Source: Patescibacteria group bacterium (lineage in GTDB: Bacteria > Patescibacteriota > Saccharimonadia > Saccharimonadales > JANWIN01). From it: 55,746 bases of DNA. Shown piece by piece: positions 17,445 to 25,968 of this stretch. Every line of letters starts with the position of its first letter. Positions within the stretch are counted from its first letter, which is position 1. Position numbers and translations under genes: made by a program. The DNA is taken from positions 1-55,746 of the forward strand of contig DATIHJ010000026.1 of NCBI GenBank assembly GCA_035480855.1, written 5' to 3'. Below the pieces are notes generated by a model. It had not been told where the DNA came from and made no database searches. It was given only the letters and a program-made list of their open reading frames with translations.

Positions 17445-17942
17445 ATGTATAGATATGTGATGCGTGAACCGGCTAGTGGCCCTGAGGTGTATGTAAACCT
17501 TATAACATCTTCTGCTGGGCATTATCTAAGTCGCCATCCCTATCTAATCAACATGATTAAAGAAGTCCTATCTACTTCTAAACTAAGTGGCGCAGAAGTG
17601 GTTATAGAGCGTGACATGGGTCGTACTATTGGCAATACTGATATTGTTGAAACAAGTGAAAAAGACACCATATTCTATGCTCAACCTTACAAAAAGAGCG
17701 TGTTTGCCCGTTATGCAAAAAACCGTTACCCCTCACCCAGCCACAAGCTGACAATTATTCTAGACAAAGATTCTGATGGCAATTACGAATTGACTGATAC
17801 ATGGATTGGCGCCTGCAGTCCACCCTTCCCAGGCGACGAGAAAGCCACTTCCAAAAGCAAGACATATTGGGAAACCCATGCATTAGTCCAAGACGCTCAG
17901 GTTATCCAGTCCAAGACCATCACCAAAGTCTGTCCATACTAA
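17445..17942 (+). CDS. Hypothetical protein
   Basis: A 165-codon ORF with no overlapping alternative and no recognised domain. Confidence 0.5.
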   Translation: MYRYVMREPASGPEVYVNLITSSAGHYLSRHPYLINMIKEVLSTSKLSGAEVVIERDMGRTIGNTDIVETSEKDTIFYAQPYKKSVFARYAKNRYPSPSHKLTIILDKDSDGNYELTDTWIGACSPPFPGDEKATSKSKTYWETHALVQDAQVIQSKTITKVCPY

Positions 17943-17943
17943 T

Positions 17944-17970
17944 AACGGTTGCATAGCTGAACCGTTTGTG
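17944..17970 (+). terminator. Possible terminator hairpin after 17445-17942
   Basis: AACGGTT (17944-17950) / AACCGTT (17960-17966), a 7-bp stem with a 9-nt loop, followed only by TTTGTG (a weak U-tract). Confidence 0.3.
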
Positions 17971-18077
17971 CTAAAATAAGCATATTGTTTTGATGAATCC
18001 GGGATAGTTTGCACGTACTCGATTTCATTACCTCAATCGATTACATAAAGTAAACTAACCAAAAGGATTCATTTTTT

Positions 18078-19274
18078 ATGTCTTATTCCCAACATTCACG
18101 TCCGCACACGCGCGGGCGTACTCAACACACAAACTACTCACGGCCAGCAAGCCGTGGGCCCAAAAAAGAGTATATAAACCCTTCGCGCTTTATACGACCA
18201 GTGACAGTCAGTGCCGGGCAAGAAATATATGAGCCAACCCATGTATTTAGTGACTTTGCAGTGCACCCACTGCTTATGACCAATTTACTAGCTATGGGCT
18301 TTGCAGCCCCTTCAGCCATTCAGGATCAAACAATCCCTGTTGGACTAAGTGGCAAAGATGTAGTGGGTATTGCCAATACGGGCACTGGTAAAACTATTGC
18401 ATTTGCACTACCAGTGTTAGATAAACTCCTCAACAACCCAAATACTAACGCTATTATTATGGCGCCGACCCGTGAACTCGCTCAGCAGATCGAAGTAGAA
18501 TGCCGCAGCCTAGCCCGTGGTAGCGGAATAAGAGGAGCCATCTTAATTGGTGGCGTGGCGATGGGCCCGCAGTTACGCGACCTTAGGGCACGACCACGAA
18601 TTGTTATAGGTACACCGGGCCGCATCAAGGATCATCTAGAGCAAGGTACCCTTAAGCTAGATAATTTCAACATCATAGTTCTAGACGAAGTTGACCGTAT
18701 GCTAGATATGGGCTTCATTGTAGATATCCGCCATATACTGGGTAGGGCCGCAGCCGTACGCCAATCATTCTTTTTCTCCGCAACCATGGATGCACGGGTT
18801 ACAGCAATCATCGAAAGTTTTGCTAACGACCCAGTTAATATAATGGTCAAGACCGGAGACACCAGTGAGAATGTTGATCAAAACATTGTTCGCTACTCGG
18901 CTAAAAGCGAAAAAATTGGCAAGCTTCATGATCTTCTTGTAAAAGATGACGTGGTCAAGACATTAGTTTTTGACGATACGCATCGTAGCGTAGAGCGACT
19001 CTGCAAAGAGCTACAAGCCAGAGGCTTTGAGGCTGACGCTATTCACGGCGGTAAAAGCCAGTCACAGCGTCAACGGGCGCTGAAGCGTTTCAAAGATAAT
19101 AACGTCAACGTGCTAGTTGCTACAGACGTAGCCGCTCGGGGCATAGACATTACTGATATTTCACACGTCATCAACTACTCCACACCTCAATCGTATGGAG
19201 ACTATGTGCACCGAATTGGACGTACTGGCCGGGCTGGCAAACAGGGCTACGCCCTAACCTTTATTGAAGCTTAA
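18078..19274 (+). CDS. DEAD-box ATP-dependent RNA helicase
   Basis: Q-motif region F..F....L......G...PS.IQ, motif I NTGTGKT, Ia PTRELA, II DEVD, III SAT, VI HRIGRTGRAG. Confidence 0.92.
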   Translation: MSYSQHSRPHTRGRTQHTNYSRPASRGPKKEYINPSRFIRPVTVSAGQEIYEPTHVFSDFAVHPLLMTNLLAMGFAAPSAIQDQTIPVGLSGKDVVGIANTGTGKTIAFALPVLDKLLNNPNTNAIIMAPTRELAQQIEVECRSLARGSGIRGAILIGGVAMGPQLRDLRARPRIVIGTPGRIKDHLEQGTLKLDNFNIIVLDEVDRMLDMGFIVDIRHILGRAAAVRQSFFFSATMDARVTAIIESFANDPVNIMVKTGDTSENVDQNIVRYSAKSEKIGKLHDLLVKDDVVKTLVFDDTHRSVERLCKELQARGFEADAIHGGKSQSQRQRALKRFKDNNVNVLVATDVAARGIDITDISHVINYSTPQSYGDYVHRIGRTGRAGKQGYALTFIEA

Positions 19275-19279
19275 GTAAA

Positions 19280-19741
19280 TTAGTTAATTTGTTGGATAGA
19301 AAGAGCTTGGTGTAATACCGCATCAAGGTGCTCTCCACCCAGGTGTGCGCGAGCTATTGCTTGAGCCTCGTCGTTGCATGTAAGCACACCAAAACCAATT
19401 GGCATATTTTGTGATAACTGGACCTTCAAAACACCATCTGTCACAAATGAGCATACGTAGTCAAAATGGGTAGTTTCACCCTTTATGACGCAACCTACCG
19501 CAAGTAGCACATTGTACTTTCGTGTTTTGGCCATGGTCTGAAGTATAAGTGGAATCTCAATGGCGCCCGCTACGTGCATAACATCAATATTACTTTTAGA
19601 AATATTATAGTCCTTGGCCCGAGCGAGTGCGCTATCCAGTAACTGGCTTGTAATGTGCGCGTTAAAATCTGCCACTACAACACCCAGTTTCCAGTGAGAA
19701 GCATCAAATGGCTTGGCTACTATTGTTTTAGGCTGCTGCAT
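19280..19741 (-). CDS. ribH: 6,7-dimethyl-8-ribityllumazine synthase
   Basis: VVVADFNAHIT..LL..A, V.GA.EIP, GCVIKGET.HFDYV, GVLT. Start set at ATG 19741 (MQQPK...) to give a typical length. It overlaps ribE by 14 nt. Confidence 0.9.
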   Translation of the reverse strand: MQQPKTIVAKPFDASHWKLGVVVADFNAHITSQLLDSALARAKDYNISKSNIDVMHVAGAIEIPLILQTMAKTRKYNVLLAVGCVIKGETTHFDYVCSFVTDGVLKVQLSQNMPIGFGVLTCNDEAQAIARAHLGGEHLDAVLHQALSIQQIN

Positions 19742-20327
19742 TACCGCTATGCTCCATAACATTTACTACGTACTTGCCTATCATATCAAACTCTAGGTTC
19801 ACTTGATCTCCCTTAGTCAGGTTTCCTAGTGTTGTGTGCTCTATGGTGTAGGGCACTAGTGTCACACTTAGTTTTCCAGTGCTAGGGTCTATTACAGTTA
19901 GTGATGCTCCGTCAATAACGATTGCTCCTTTGTCTATAACTAGTTTTTGATACTTGGGCTCAAACGCTATGCTGATCCTGTATCCGTCAGACTTATCTAC
20001 TTCCAAAACTTTACCTGTACTATCAATATGCCCCTCTACAAAATGTCCACCAAATCTACTAGCTGCCGGGAGCGCACGCTCTATGTTTACTTTTTGTGGT
20101 ACCCTTTGGCCAAATGTTGTTTTCTGCAAAGTTTCTGGTACGAGTTCAACCTCATATTCCCTACCTTCAATCTTAGACACAGTTAAACATACACCGCTAA
20201 CAGAAATAGATTCACCAAGCTCTAAATCGTCCCAAGACTTGGGCATTTTAAGTCTAAGCCTTAGGTTATCTGCAAGTAGTTTGCTTTCAACTACAGGCGT
20301 AACCGCAGTGATAATTCCGGTAAACAT
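19728..20327 (-). CDS. ribE: Riboflavin synthase (alpha chain)
   Basis: N-terminal MFTGII, a duplicated lumazine-binding repeat (SI.VSGVCLTV / GA.VIDGASLTV), and VNLE.D. Confidence 0.9.
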   Translation of the reverse strand: MFTGIITAVTPVVESKLLADNLRLRLKMPKSWDDLELGESISVSGVCLTVSKIEGREYEVELVPETLQKTTFGQRVPQKVNIERALPAASRFGGHFVEGHIDSTGKVLEVDKSDGYRISIAFEPKYQKLVIDKGAIVIDGASLTVIDPSTGKLSVTLVPYTIEHTTLGNLTKGDQVNLEFDMIGKYVVNVMEHSGNAAA

Positions 20328-20357
20328 TGTCTCTTCAGTATCTGTTAAAAGCCTGGT

Positions 20358-20768
20358 CTAAGCAAGCTTATGACGATTAAACCATTCCCGTCCAGCAACT
20401 TCATCAGCGCGTATGGCTATAAGTAGTTCGTCTAAAGACGCAAACTTTTTATTAGGTCGAAAGAATCTATGCACCCGGATGTTTAGATGCTGGCCATAAT
20501 AGTCTTTATCAATAATGTCTAGTAGGTGAGCCTCCACGCGGCGCTTAGTATCACCAACTGTGGTGGGCACACCAACGAAAATTAGTGCAGGATTGTTTTG
20601 GTACTTATCTAAATCCGCGTATCCAAAATATACACCGTCCTTTAGTGTTGTGATCGATGTAAGATTAGCAGTTGGGTACCCCAAACTACGGCCGTTGCCA
20701 GAAAAGGCAGTCACTGTTCCTTCTAGTTGTGTTACGTCAGATTGTTTGTTCACAAACTTAGTATACAT
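20358..20768 (-). CDS. Monofunctional riboflavin kinase (no FAD-synthetase domain)
   Basis: G.V..G.G.GRSLGYPTANL, GVY, GVPT, EAHLLD...D.YG..L.....FRP..KF.S...L...I..D, matching the RibF C-terminal domain only. Start set at ATG 20768. Confidence 0.8.
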   Translation of the reverse strand: MYTKFVNKQSDVTQLEGTVTAFSGNGRSLGYPTANLTSITTLKDGVYFGYADLDKYQNNPALIFVGVPTTVGDTKRRVEAHLLDIIDKDYYGQHLNIRVHRFFRPNKKFASLDELLIAIRADEVAGREWFNRHKLA

Positions 20769-20853
20769 CTGATAACAAAACATATTTATAAGAATAAGTA
20801 TGTGAGATATCTCTAAGCTAAGTCTAAGCAAAAAGCCTTATACTTAGAACTAT

Positions 20854-21522
20854 ATGAGAGTTTTAGTAGTAGAGGATGAGCACAAAATTGCCAATGCCAT
20901 TAAGCGTGGACTTGAGCTAGAGACCTATGCTGTTGATGTAAGTTACGATGGCGATGAGGGACTTCGCACCGCCCTTGCTGATGATTACGACCTAATAATT
21001 CTAGATAGAATGCTCCCAGGATCAAAAGATGGCATAGATATATGTAAACAACTGAGGGATGAAGGCAAGCACATGCCTATATTGATGTTAACTGCAAAAG
21101 ACCAAATTCGTGACCGAGTAAGCGGCTTAAATGCAGGCGCCGATGATTACCTAGTTAAACCATTCGCGTTTGAAGAATTACTAGCTCGCATGAGAGCTTT
21201 GATGCGCCGGCCGCAGGATACTAACAGTACTATATTAAAGGTAGGCGACCTATCACTCGACCCTGTTACCTACGAAGTTAAGAGAGGCAGCACAAACATA
21301 CAACTATCTCGTCGTGAGTTTGCCCTTTTGGAATACCTTATGCGTAACCCAGGCAGGATTATCCCAAAAGAGACTATAATAAATCACGTGTGGAACTTTG
21401 ATGCAGATATTTTGCCAAATACGGTGGAAGTATATATGGGCTACCTTCGCAATAAAATAGACAAGCCTTTCAAAACACCCTTATTACAAACAGCCCGTGG
21501 TTTTGGCTATAAACTTGGTTAA
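20854..21522 (+). CDS. OmpR/PhoB-family DNA-binding response regulator
   Basis: Receiver MRVLVVEDE...LIILD..LPG.DG...LTAK, plus a winged-helix output domain (L.LD......V.R.......L..REF.LLEYLM...G......I...VW.......NTVEVY...LR.K.D.......TARG.GY). Confidence 0.92.
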   Translation: MRVLVVEDEHKIANAIKRGLELETYAVDVSYDGDEGLRTALADDYDLIILDRMLPGSKDGIDICKQLRDEGKHMPILMLTAKDQIRDRVSGLNAGADDYLVKPFAFEELLARMRALMRRPQDTNSTILKVGDLSLDPVTYEVKRGSTNIQLSRREFALLEYLMRNPGRIIPKETIINHVWNFDADILPNTVEVYMGYLRNKIDKPFKTPLLQTARGFGYKLG

Positions 21523-21531
21523 GCAGACGTC

Positions 21532-22530
21532 ATGATTCGCTCTGCAGTACTTAGACTTACTCTATCTTACCTGAGTATTATTATGGTGCTGAGTATTGGG
21601 TTTAGCCTGTGGCTTTATCATGTTTCGTCAACTGAGCTTAGGGATGATCTGCGCCGACCAATAGTTTTTGAAGAGATAAGTCCGGGCTCATTTGTGAATT
21701 TTGACCAATTCCGTCAAGACCGCTTGGCAGAAAATGCCCGCCACCTGCAGCAAAATCTTGTTTTACTCAATATTGCAACATTAGTGTTAGGTAGCCTGGC
21801 GAGTTACGCTTTGGCCCAGCGAACACTAAGACCTATAGAAGACGCTCTAGAGTCACAAACGCGTTTTACGGCTGATGCTTCCCATGAGCTCAGAACTCCT
21901 CTGACCGCTATGCAGACTGAGATTGAGGTTGCACTAAGGGACAATACTCTAGACAAAAACGAGGCCAAACAGCTACTGAGTAGCAATTTAGAAGAAGTAA
22001 TTAAGTTACAGGCTCTGTCTGACAGTTTACTTAGGCTTGCACAGCAGAATGACCATGACGTTGCCATGAAGAGCCTATCACTCAAAACGGTAGCTACAAA
22101 TGCAACCAAACAACTTAGTACTGCCGCTAGTGCAAAAAATATTAAGCTAGAAAACCGGGTATCCGATATAAAGGTTTTAGGTGACAGTGTAAGCCTGACA
22201 GAGCTAGTAGTTATTTTAGCCGATAACGCCATTAAATATAGTCCGCGGGGAACTGCCATAACTTTGTCTACGGCCAAGCACGGCAACCATGGGCATTTAA
22301 TAGTTAAAGACCGAGGCATAGGCATAAAAGCGTCTGACCTTCCGAATATTTTTGAGCGTTTCTACAGGGTTGATAGTGCACGCGCCAAAACAAATAGTGG
22401 CGGATATGGCTTGGGTCTTGCTATTGCAAAGCAAATTATTGAACTGCATAGTGGTACGATTGAAGTTACTAGTACCGTGGGCAAAGGAACTACTTTTACC
22501 ATTAAGTTACCCTTGGCAAAAACGATATAA
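21532..22530 (+). CDS. Sensor histidine kinase (partner of 20854-21522)
   Basis: Two TM segments, H-box FTADASHELRTPLT, N-box LADNAIKYSP, DRGIGI, and GGYGLGLAIAK. Confidence 0.9.
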   Translation: MIRSAVLRLTLSYLSIIMVLSIGFSLWLYHVSSTELRDDLRRPIVFEEISPGSFVNFDQFRQDRLAENARHLQQNLVLLNIATLVLGSLASYALAQRTLRPIEDALESQTRFTADASHELRTPLTAMQTEIEVALRDNTLDKNEAKQLLSSNLEEVIKLQALSDSLLRLAQQNDHDVAMKSLSLKTVATNATKQLSTAASAKNIKLENRVSDIKVLGDSVSLTELVVILADNAIKYSPRGTAITLSTAKHGNHGHLIVKDRGIGIKASDLPNIFERFYRVDSARAKTNSGGYGLGLAIAKQIIELHSGTIEVTSTVGKGTTFTIKLPLAKTI

Positions 22531-22568
22531 GTCAGTGCTACAATAGTTATATAAGAGGAGGGTTACAT

Positions 22569-22826
22569 ATGTATATTACTGCTAAAAATAAGGAGTTGGC
22601 TGGGAAGCCGCTTGCTGTAAAACGAGGACTGCATCTTAAAGCACTAGTACTTGCATTTTCTGTAGTTTTGACCTTGATTGGCATTTTTGCAATATCCGGG
22701 TGGGCAGAAGCATCGGCCTTTAACCATGGCGTTCAACACGTAATTATTTTTGTATCAGGCGCCGGTTTTGGCGGCTCGCTGCTGGCTGGATACTTTGATC
22801 GGAAAGTGAGCTCTGATGAAAGTTGA
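22569..22826 (+). CDS. Small two-TM membrane protein, hypothetical
   Basis: A strong SD (gaggaggg) sits 6 nt upstream. It has two hydrophobic helices and overlaps sodC by 11 nt. Confidence 0.5.
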   Translation: MYITAKNKELAGKPLAVKRGLHLKALVLAFSVVLTLIGIFAISGWAEASAFNHGVQHVIIFVSGAGFGGSLLAGYFDRKVSSDES

Positions 22827-23337
22827 TTTACAAGCTGACTCTAAGAAGATTACCGCACGAGCCAAGGCTAGTGTGGCTGGCCCCGACGTGTCTGGTGTTG
22901 CGGAGTTTACGGAGTACGACGTTGACGGTTGGAAATACGTTCATATACGCCTTACCATAAAAGGTGACCCAAAAACACTAAAAGTCGGTAAGCACGCAGT
23001 TCACATTCACGAAAAAGGCGACTGCGAATGCGATGGCTTTAAATGTGCCGGTGGGCACTTTGACCCAGGCCCCAGTGGCAACAGTGACCCAGATGCCAAC
23101 CATGGTTTTCATGCCGGCGATTTGCCTAGCATTACCGTGGATGATACCGGAAACGGTGAGCTAGAAGCAATTACCTCCCGAGTTACTCTTTCAAATGGTC
23201 CCGTTTCTATTCTTGAGCCCGAGGAAGGTACATCACTTATGGTTCATGCCAATCCAGACCCTTATAATCCTGGCGAAACTGGTTCAGGTCATAGCGGTGG
23301 CCCACGGCTGGCTTGCGGCCGTATAGAAAAGGCCTAA
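22816..23337 (+). CDS. sodC: Cu,Zn superoxide dismutase
   Basis: Metal ligands are present: HAVHIHEKGDC, GGHFDP, HGFHAGDLP, VHANPD, plus C-terminal GGPRLACGRI. No N-terminal signal peptide is visible. Confidence 0.9.
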   Translation: MKVDLQADSKKITARAKASVAGPDVSGVAEFTEYDVDGWKYVHIRLTIKGDPKTLKVGKHAVHIHEKGDCECDGFKCAGGHFDPGPSGNSDPDANHGFHAGDLPSITVDDTGNGELEAITSRVTLSNGPVSILEPEEGTSLMVHANPDPYNPGETGSGHSGGPRLACGRIEKA

Positions 23338-23399
23338 CACTTCAACAGGGGTATATGCTACCATTATTGCTAGTGGTTAAAACAAAGGTTTAGAGACGT

Positions 23400-24578
23400 A
23401 TGCACAAAGTATTAATTGTTGGTGGAGGATTTGGTGGAGTCAAAGCTGCATTAGAACTAGCAGACAATAGCCAATTTCACATTACTCTCTTAAGTGATCA
23501 CTTGGATTTCAGATATTATCCAAGCCTATACCGTACTGCCACTGGTGGCAAAAAATTGGCCTCAAGCATACCGCTAAAAGAAATCTTTAAAGGTAAAGAT
23601 GTGCACTTAGTGGAAGACAAAGCCACTAAACTTGACCGCCAAAAACATACAATTTTTACAGCCAAGCATGAAATTATTGAATATGACGCGTTAATACTTG
23701 CGCTCGGGGTACGAACAAATTATTTCCATATAGAAGGACTCGAAGAGTTCTCGTATGGTATAAAAACTAATGCTGAGGCCACACGGCTCAAGCAGCATTT
23801 GCACCAACAACTTATTGATGAACATAAGCCAGATTTAAACTATGTAGTGATTGGTGGAGGCCCCACTGGTGTGGAACTGGCAGGCGCATTACCCGCTTAT
23901 TTGCGCCAAATTGCTAAAAAACACGGTGTAAGACACCGGGCTATACGAGTAGAGCTAGTTGAGGCTATGCCACGCCTTGTACCACGTATGCCTACGGATA
24001 TAGGCAAAACTACGGCTCGCCATCTAAGACGGCTTGGCGTTAGGGTTTACCTAAATACCTCCGTTAAAGCAGAAACAGCAGAAGCCCTAACGCTAAACAA
24101 CAAAAAGCTGGCTAGTCATAGCGTTATCTGGACAGCTGGTGTAGCTAACCAGCCATTTTTAGCAGACAACGTTTTTCAAATGACTAAAAACGGCAAGGTA
24201 CGAGTTAACCAGTTTTTGGAGGCAGAGCCAAGCATTTATGTCATTGGCGATAATGCCGATACACCATATAGCGGTCTAGCCCAAACTGCTCTTTATGACG
24301 GGGCATATGTTGCGGGGAACCTCAAGCGCCTAGCTAATAAGCAAGATGCTAAGCCGTATGTGGCTAAAAAACCAATCTATGTGATCCCCGCTGGGCCTCA
24401 CTGGGCAGCAGTGCTATGGGGCAATTTACGTATGTACGGACGCTTGGGTTCCTCGCTGCGCCGGTTAGCAGACCTTGTTGCCTATCATGATTATGAGCCT
24501 TGGCAGCTAGCTACCAAACACTGGGCGGCAGAAGAAGACAGCGAAGAGTCCTGCCCTATCTGTGCACAAACTCTATGA
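23400..24578 (+). CDS. ndh: Type II NADH dehydrogenase (NDH-2)-like FAD-dependent oxidoreductase
   Basis: Two dinucleotide folds, VLIVGGGFGG and VVIGGGPTGVE, plus the GD..D motif VIGDNAD. Confidence 0.85.
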   Translation: MHKVLIVGGGFGGVKAALELADNSQFHITLLSDHLDFRYYPSLYRTATGGKKLASSIPLKEIFKGKDVHLVEDKATKLDRQKHTIFTAKHEIIEYDALILALGVRTNYFHIEGLEEFSYGIKTNAEATRLKQHLHQQLIDEHKPDLNYVVIGGGPTGVELAGALPAYLRQIAKKHGVRHRAIRVELVEAMPRLVPRMPTDIGKTTARHLRRLGVRVYLNTSVKAETAEALTLNNKKLASHSVIWTAGVANQPFLADNVFQMTKNGKVRVNQFLEAEPSIYVIGDNADTPYSGLAQTALYDGAYVAGNLKRLANKQDAKPYVAKKPIYVIPAGPHWAAVLWGNLRMYGRLGSSLRRLADLVAYHDYEPWQLATKHWAAEEDSEESCPICAQTL

Positions 24579-24586
24579 AGCAAACC

Positions 24587-25231
24587 TTAAGATTTAGATT
24601 GTTGTTGTCGCCATTTAGCAATTTCAGCATGGTGACCACTTAAAAGTACATCTGGTACTTTGTCTCCTCTGAAATCTTCTGGGCGCGTGTATTGAGGAAA
24701 TTCAATCGTAACATCGTCTGCCTGGAAAGATTCTATTTCTGCTGAAGATTCACCGCCGAGTACTCCTGGGAGCAGACGTACAACACTGTCAACTATTACC
24801 ATAGCTGGCAGTTCTCCACCTGTCAGAACATAGTTGCCAATGCAATATTGCCGGTCCACAAAACTTGTAATACGCTCATCATATCCCTCATAACGTGGGC
24901 AGACCAATATAAGTCCTGACCTCTTTGCAAGCTGCTTGGCTTCAGATTGTTTATATAACTTGCCTCTGGGTGTAGGCAAAATAACCGTAGCTTTAGGATC
25001 TATTTTTTTAGCTTTCTCAATTGCCTCTACTACAGGTCCGGGCATAAGCAACATACCGTCGCCACCACCATATGGAGTGTCATCTACTTGTTTACGTGGA
25101 CCCAAGCCAAAGTCACGCAAGTTTATGTAGCTAATTTCTACAATTTTACGTTCCTGCGCCTTCCAGAGCATACTGGTATCCAGCACACCGGGAAACATAT
25201 CTGGAAAAAGGGTAATTATTTGAATTTTCAT
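24587..25231 (-). CDS. trmD: tRNA (guanine37-N1)-methyltransferase
   Basis: MKIQIITLFPDMF, DFG....R.VDD.PYGGG.GM, CGRYEG.D-like PRYEGYDER, GNYVLTGGE, and SGHH..I..WR. The track's 28-codon N-terminal extension runs through a terminator hairpin and a promoter. Confidence 0.92.
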   Translation of the reverse strand: MKIQIITLFPDMFPGVLDTSMLWKAQERKIVEISYINLRDFGLGPRKQVDDTPYGGGDGMLLMPGPVVEAIEKAKKIDPKATVILPTPRGKLYKQSEAKQLAKRSGLILVCPRYEGYDERITSFVDRQYCIGNYVLTGGELPAMVIVDSVVRLLPGVLGGESSAEIESFQADDVTIEFPQYTRPEDFRGDKVPDVLLSGHHAEIAKWRQQQSKS

Positions 25232-25238
25232 GATTATT

Positions 25239-25247
25239 ATTGTATCA
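25239..25247 (-). promoter_or_regulatory. Extended -10 promoter TGaTACAAT, 7 nt upstream of trmD ATG (leaderless)
   Basis: The minus strand reads ttgtttgTGaTACAATaataatcATG. TACAAT corresponds to 25239-25244. Confidence 0.45.
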
Positions 25248-25274
25248 CAAACAAAATATCCGCCTGAGCGGATA
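25248..25274 (-). terminator. Intrinsic terminator downstream of the rpsP-KH unit
   Basis: The minus strand reads TATCCGC-tcag-GCGGATA (25274-25257) followed by TTTTGTTTGT. Confidence 0.55.
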
Positions 25275-25385
25275 ATTCTGTCACATAAAGCTCCCATCTT
25301 TTGGATGGCTCGCAATGAGCTTTTTTAGACTTTTTGTTGTTCTAACCTCTTAATTATATCTGTTACGGCGTACTTTATCAAGAGC

Positions 25386-25904
25386 CTACAAATCTAAATC
25401 GTCAAATTCTTCTAGCTCTTTACGTGTCTTGCTTATTACACTGTCGTGGTCGCGTTCCTCTTCTTCTGGTGTCTCGTCTGGTAAGTCTTCTTCAGCTGGC
25501 TGAGCCTCTTCTATACTCTCCTCTGTCTGTTCGTTCTCAGGGTCCTGCTTGCCCTCTTCTTTTTTGTTGTTCTCCTCTGGTTTCTTGTCTTCTTTTTCTG
25601 ATTCCTGCCTGGTTTGATCATGAGCTTCATCTTCACGCGGTCGGCGCTCATAGGGTTCACCGTTATCTATAATCTTTAGGTTGTAACGGGCATCGTTTTT
25701 AGTACCTAGGGCACGAAGTAGTGTGCGTAAGCTCTGGGCAGTAGCGCCACGCTTGCCAATAACCCTACCTAGATCTTCAGGGTCAACGGTTAACTCTAGT
25801 AATACGCCCTTCTCATCAATTCGGCGTTCTATCTTGACTGCATCTGGCTTACTTACTAGTGATTTAACAATAAATTCAACGAACTGTTGGTCAATACTAC
25901 TCAT
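25386..25904 (-). CDS. KH-domain RNA-binding protein (KhpA/YlqC type) with a long acidic C-terminal tail
   Basis: VEFIVKSLVSKPDAV.....E.G.LLEL.V.PEDLGRVIGKRGATAQSLRTLL, then ~90 residues of E/D/K-rich low complexity. It follows rpsP as in many bacteria. Confidence 0.85.
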   Translation of the reverse strand: MSSIDQQFVEFIVKSLVSKPDAVKIERRIDEKGVLLELTVDPEDLGRVIGKRGATAQSLRTLLRALGTKNDARYNLKIIDNGEPYERRPREDEAHDQTRQESEKEDKKPEENNKKEEGKQDPENEQTEESIEEAQPAEEDLPDETPEEEERDHDSVISKTRKELEEFDDLDL

Positions 25905-25968
25905 GCTCAGAAACTCCTCCTGTGTAGGTTATTGGTCAAGTTTTATTATATCAGATTCTGTTATTGGT

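Noticed and set aside
20769-20853. FMN riboswitch upstream of the riboflavin kinase-ribE-ribH operon.
   Set aside because: Only 85 nt is shared with a divergent response-regulator gene. That is too short for the aptamer, and none of its conserved segments are visible.
22569-22826. The idea that the 85-aa two-TM ORF and sodC are one gene split by a frameshift, giving a membrane-anchored SodC.
   Set aside because: By the positive-inside rule both ends of the small protein face the cytoplasm, so a fusion would not export SodC. sodC also has its own ATG and coupling context. The observation is kept as a low-interest finding.
25232-25315. The 28-codon N-terminal extension of trmD in the ORF track (start 25315).
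   Set aside because: The extension runs across a terminator hairpin and a -10 element. The conserved TrmD N-terminus (MKIQIITLFPDMF) begins at ATG 25231.
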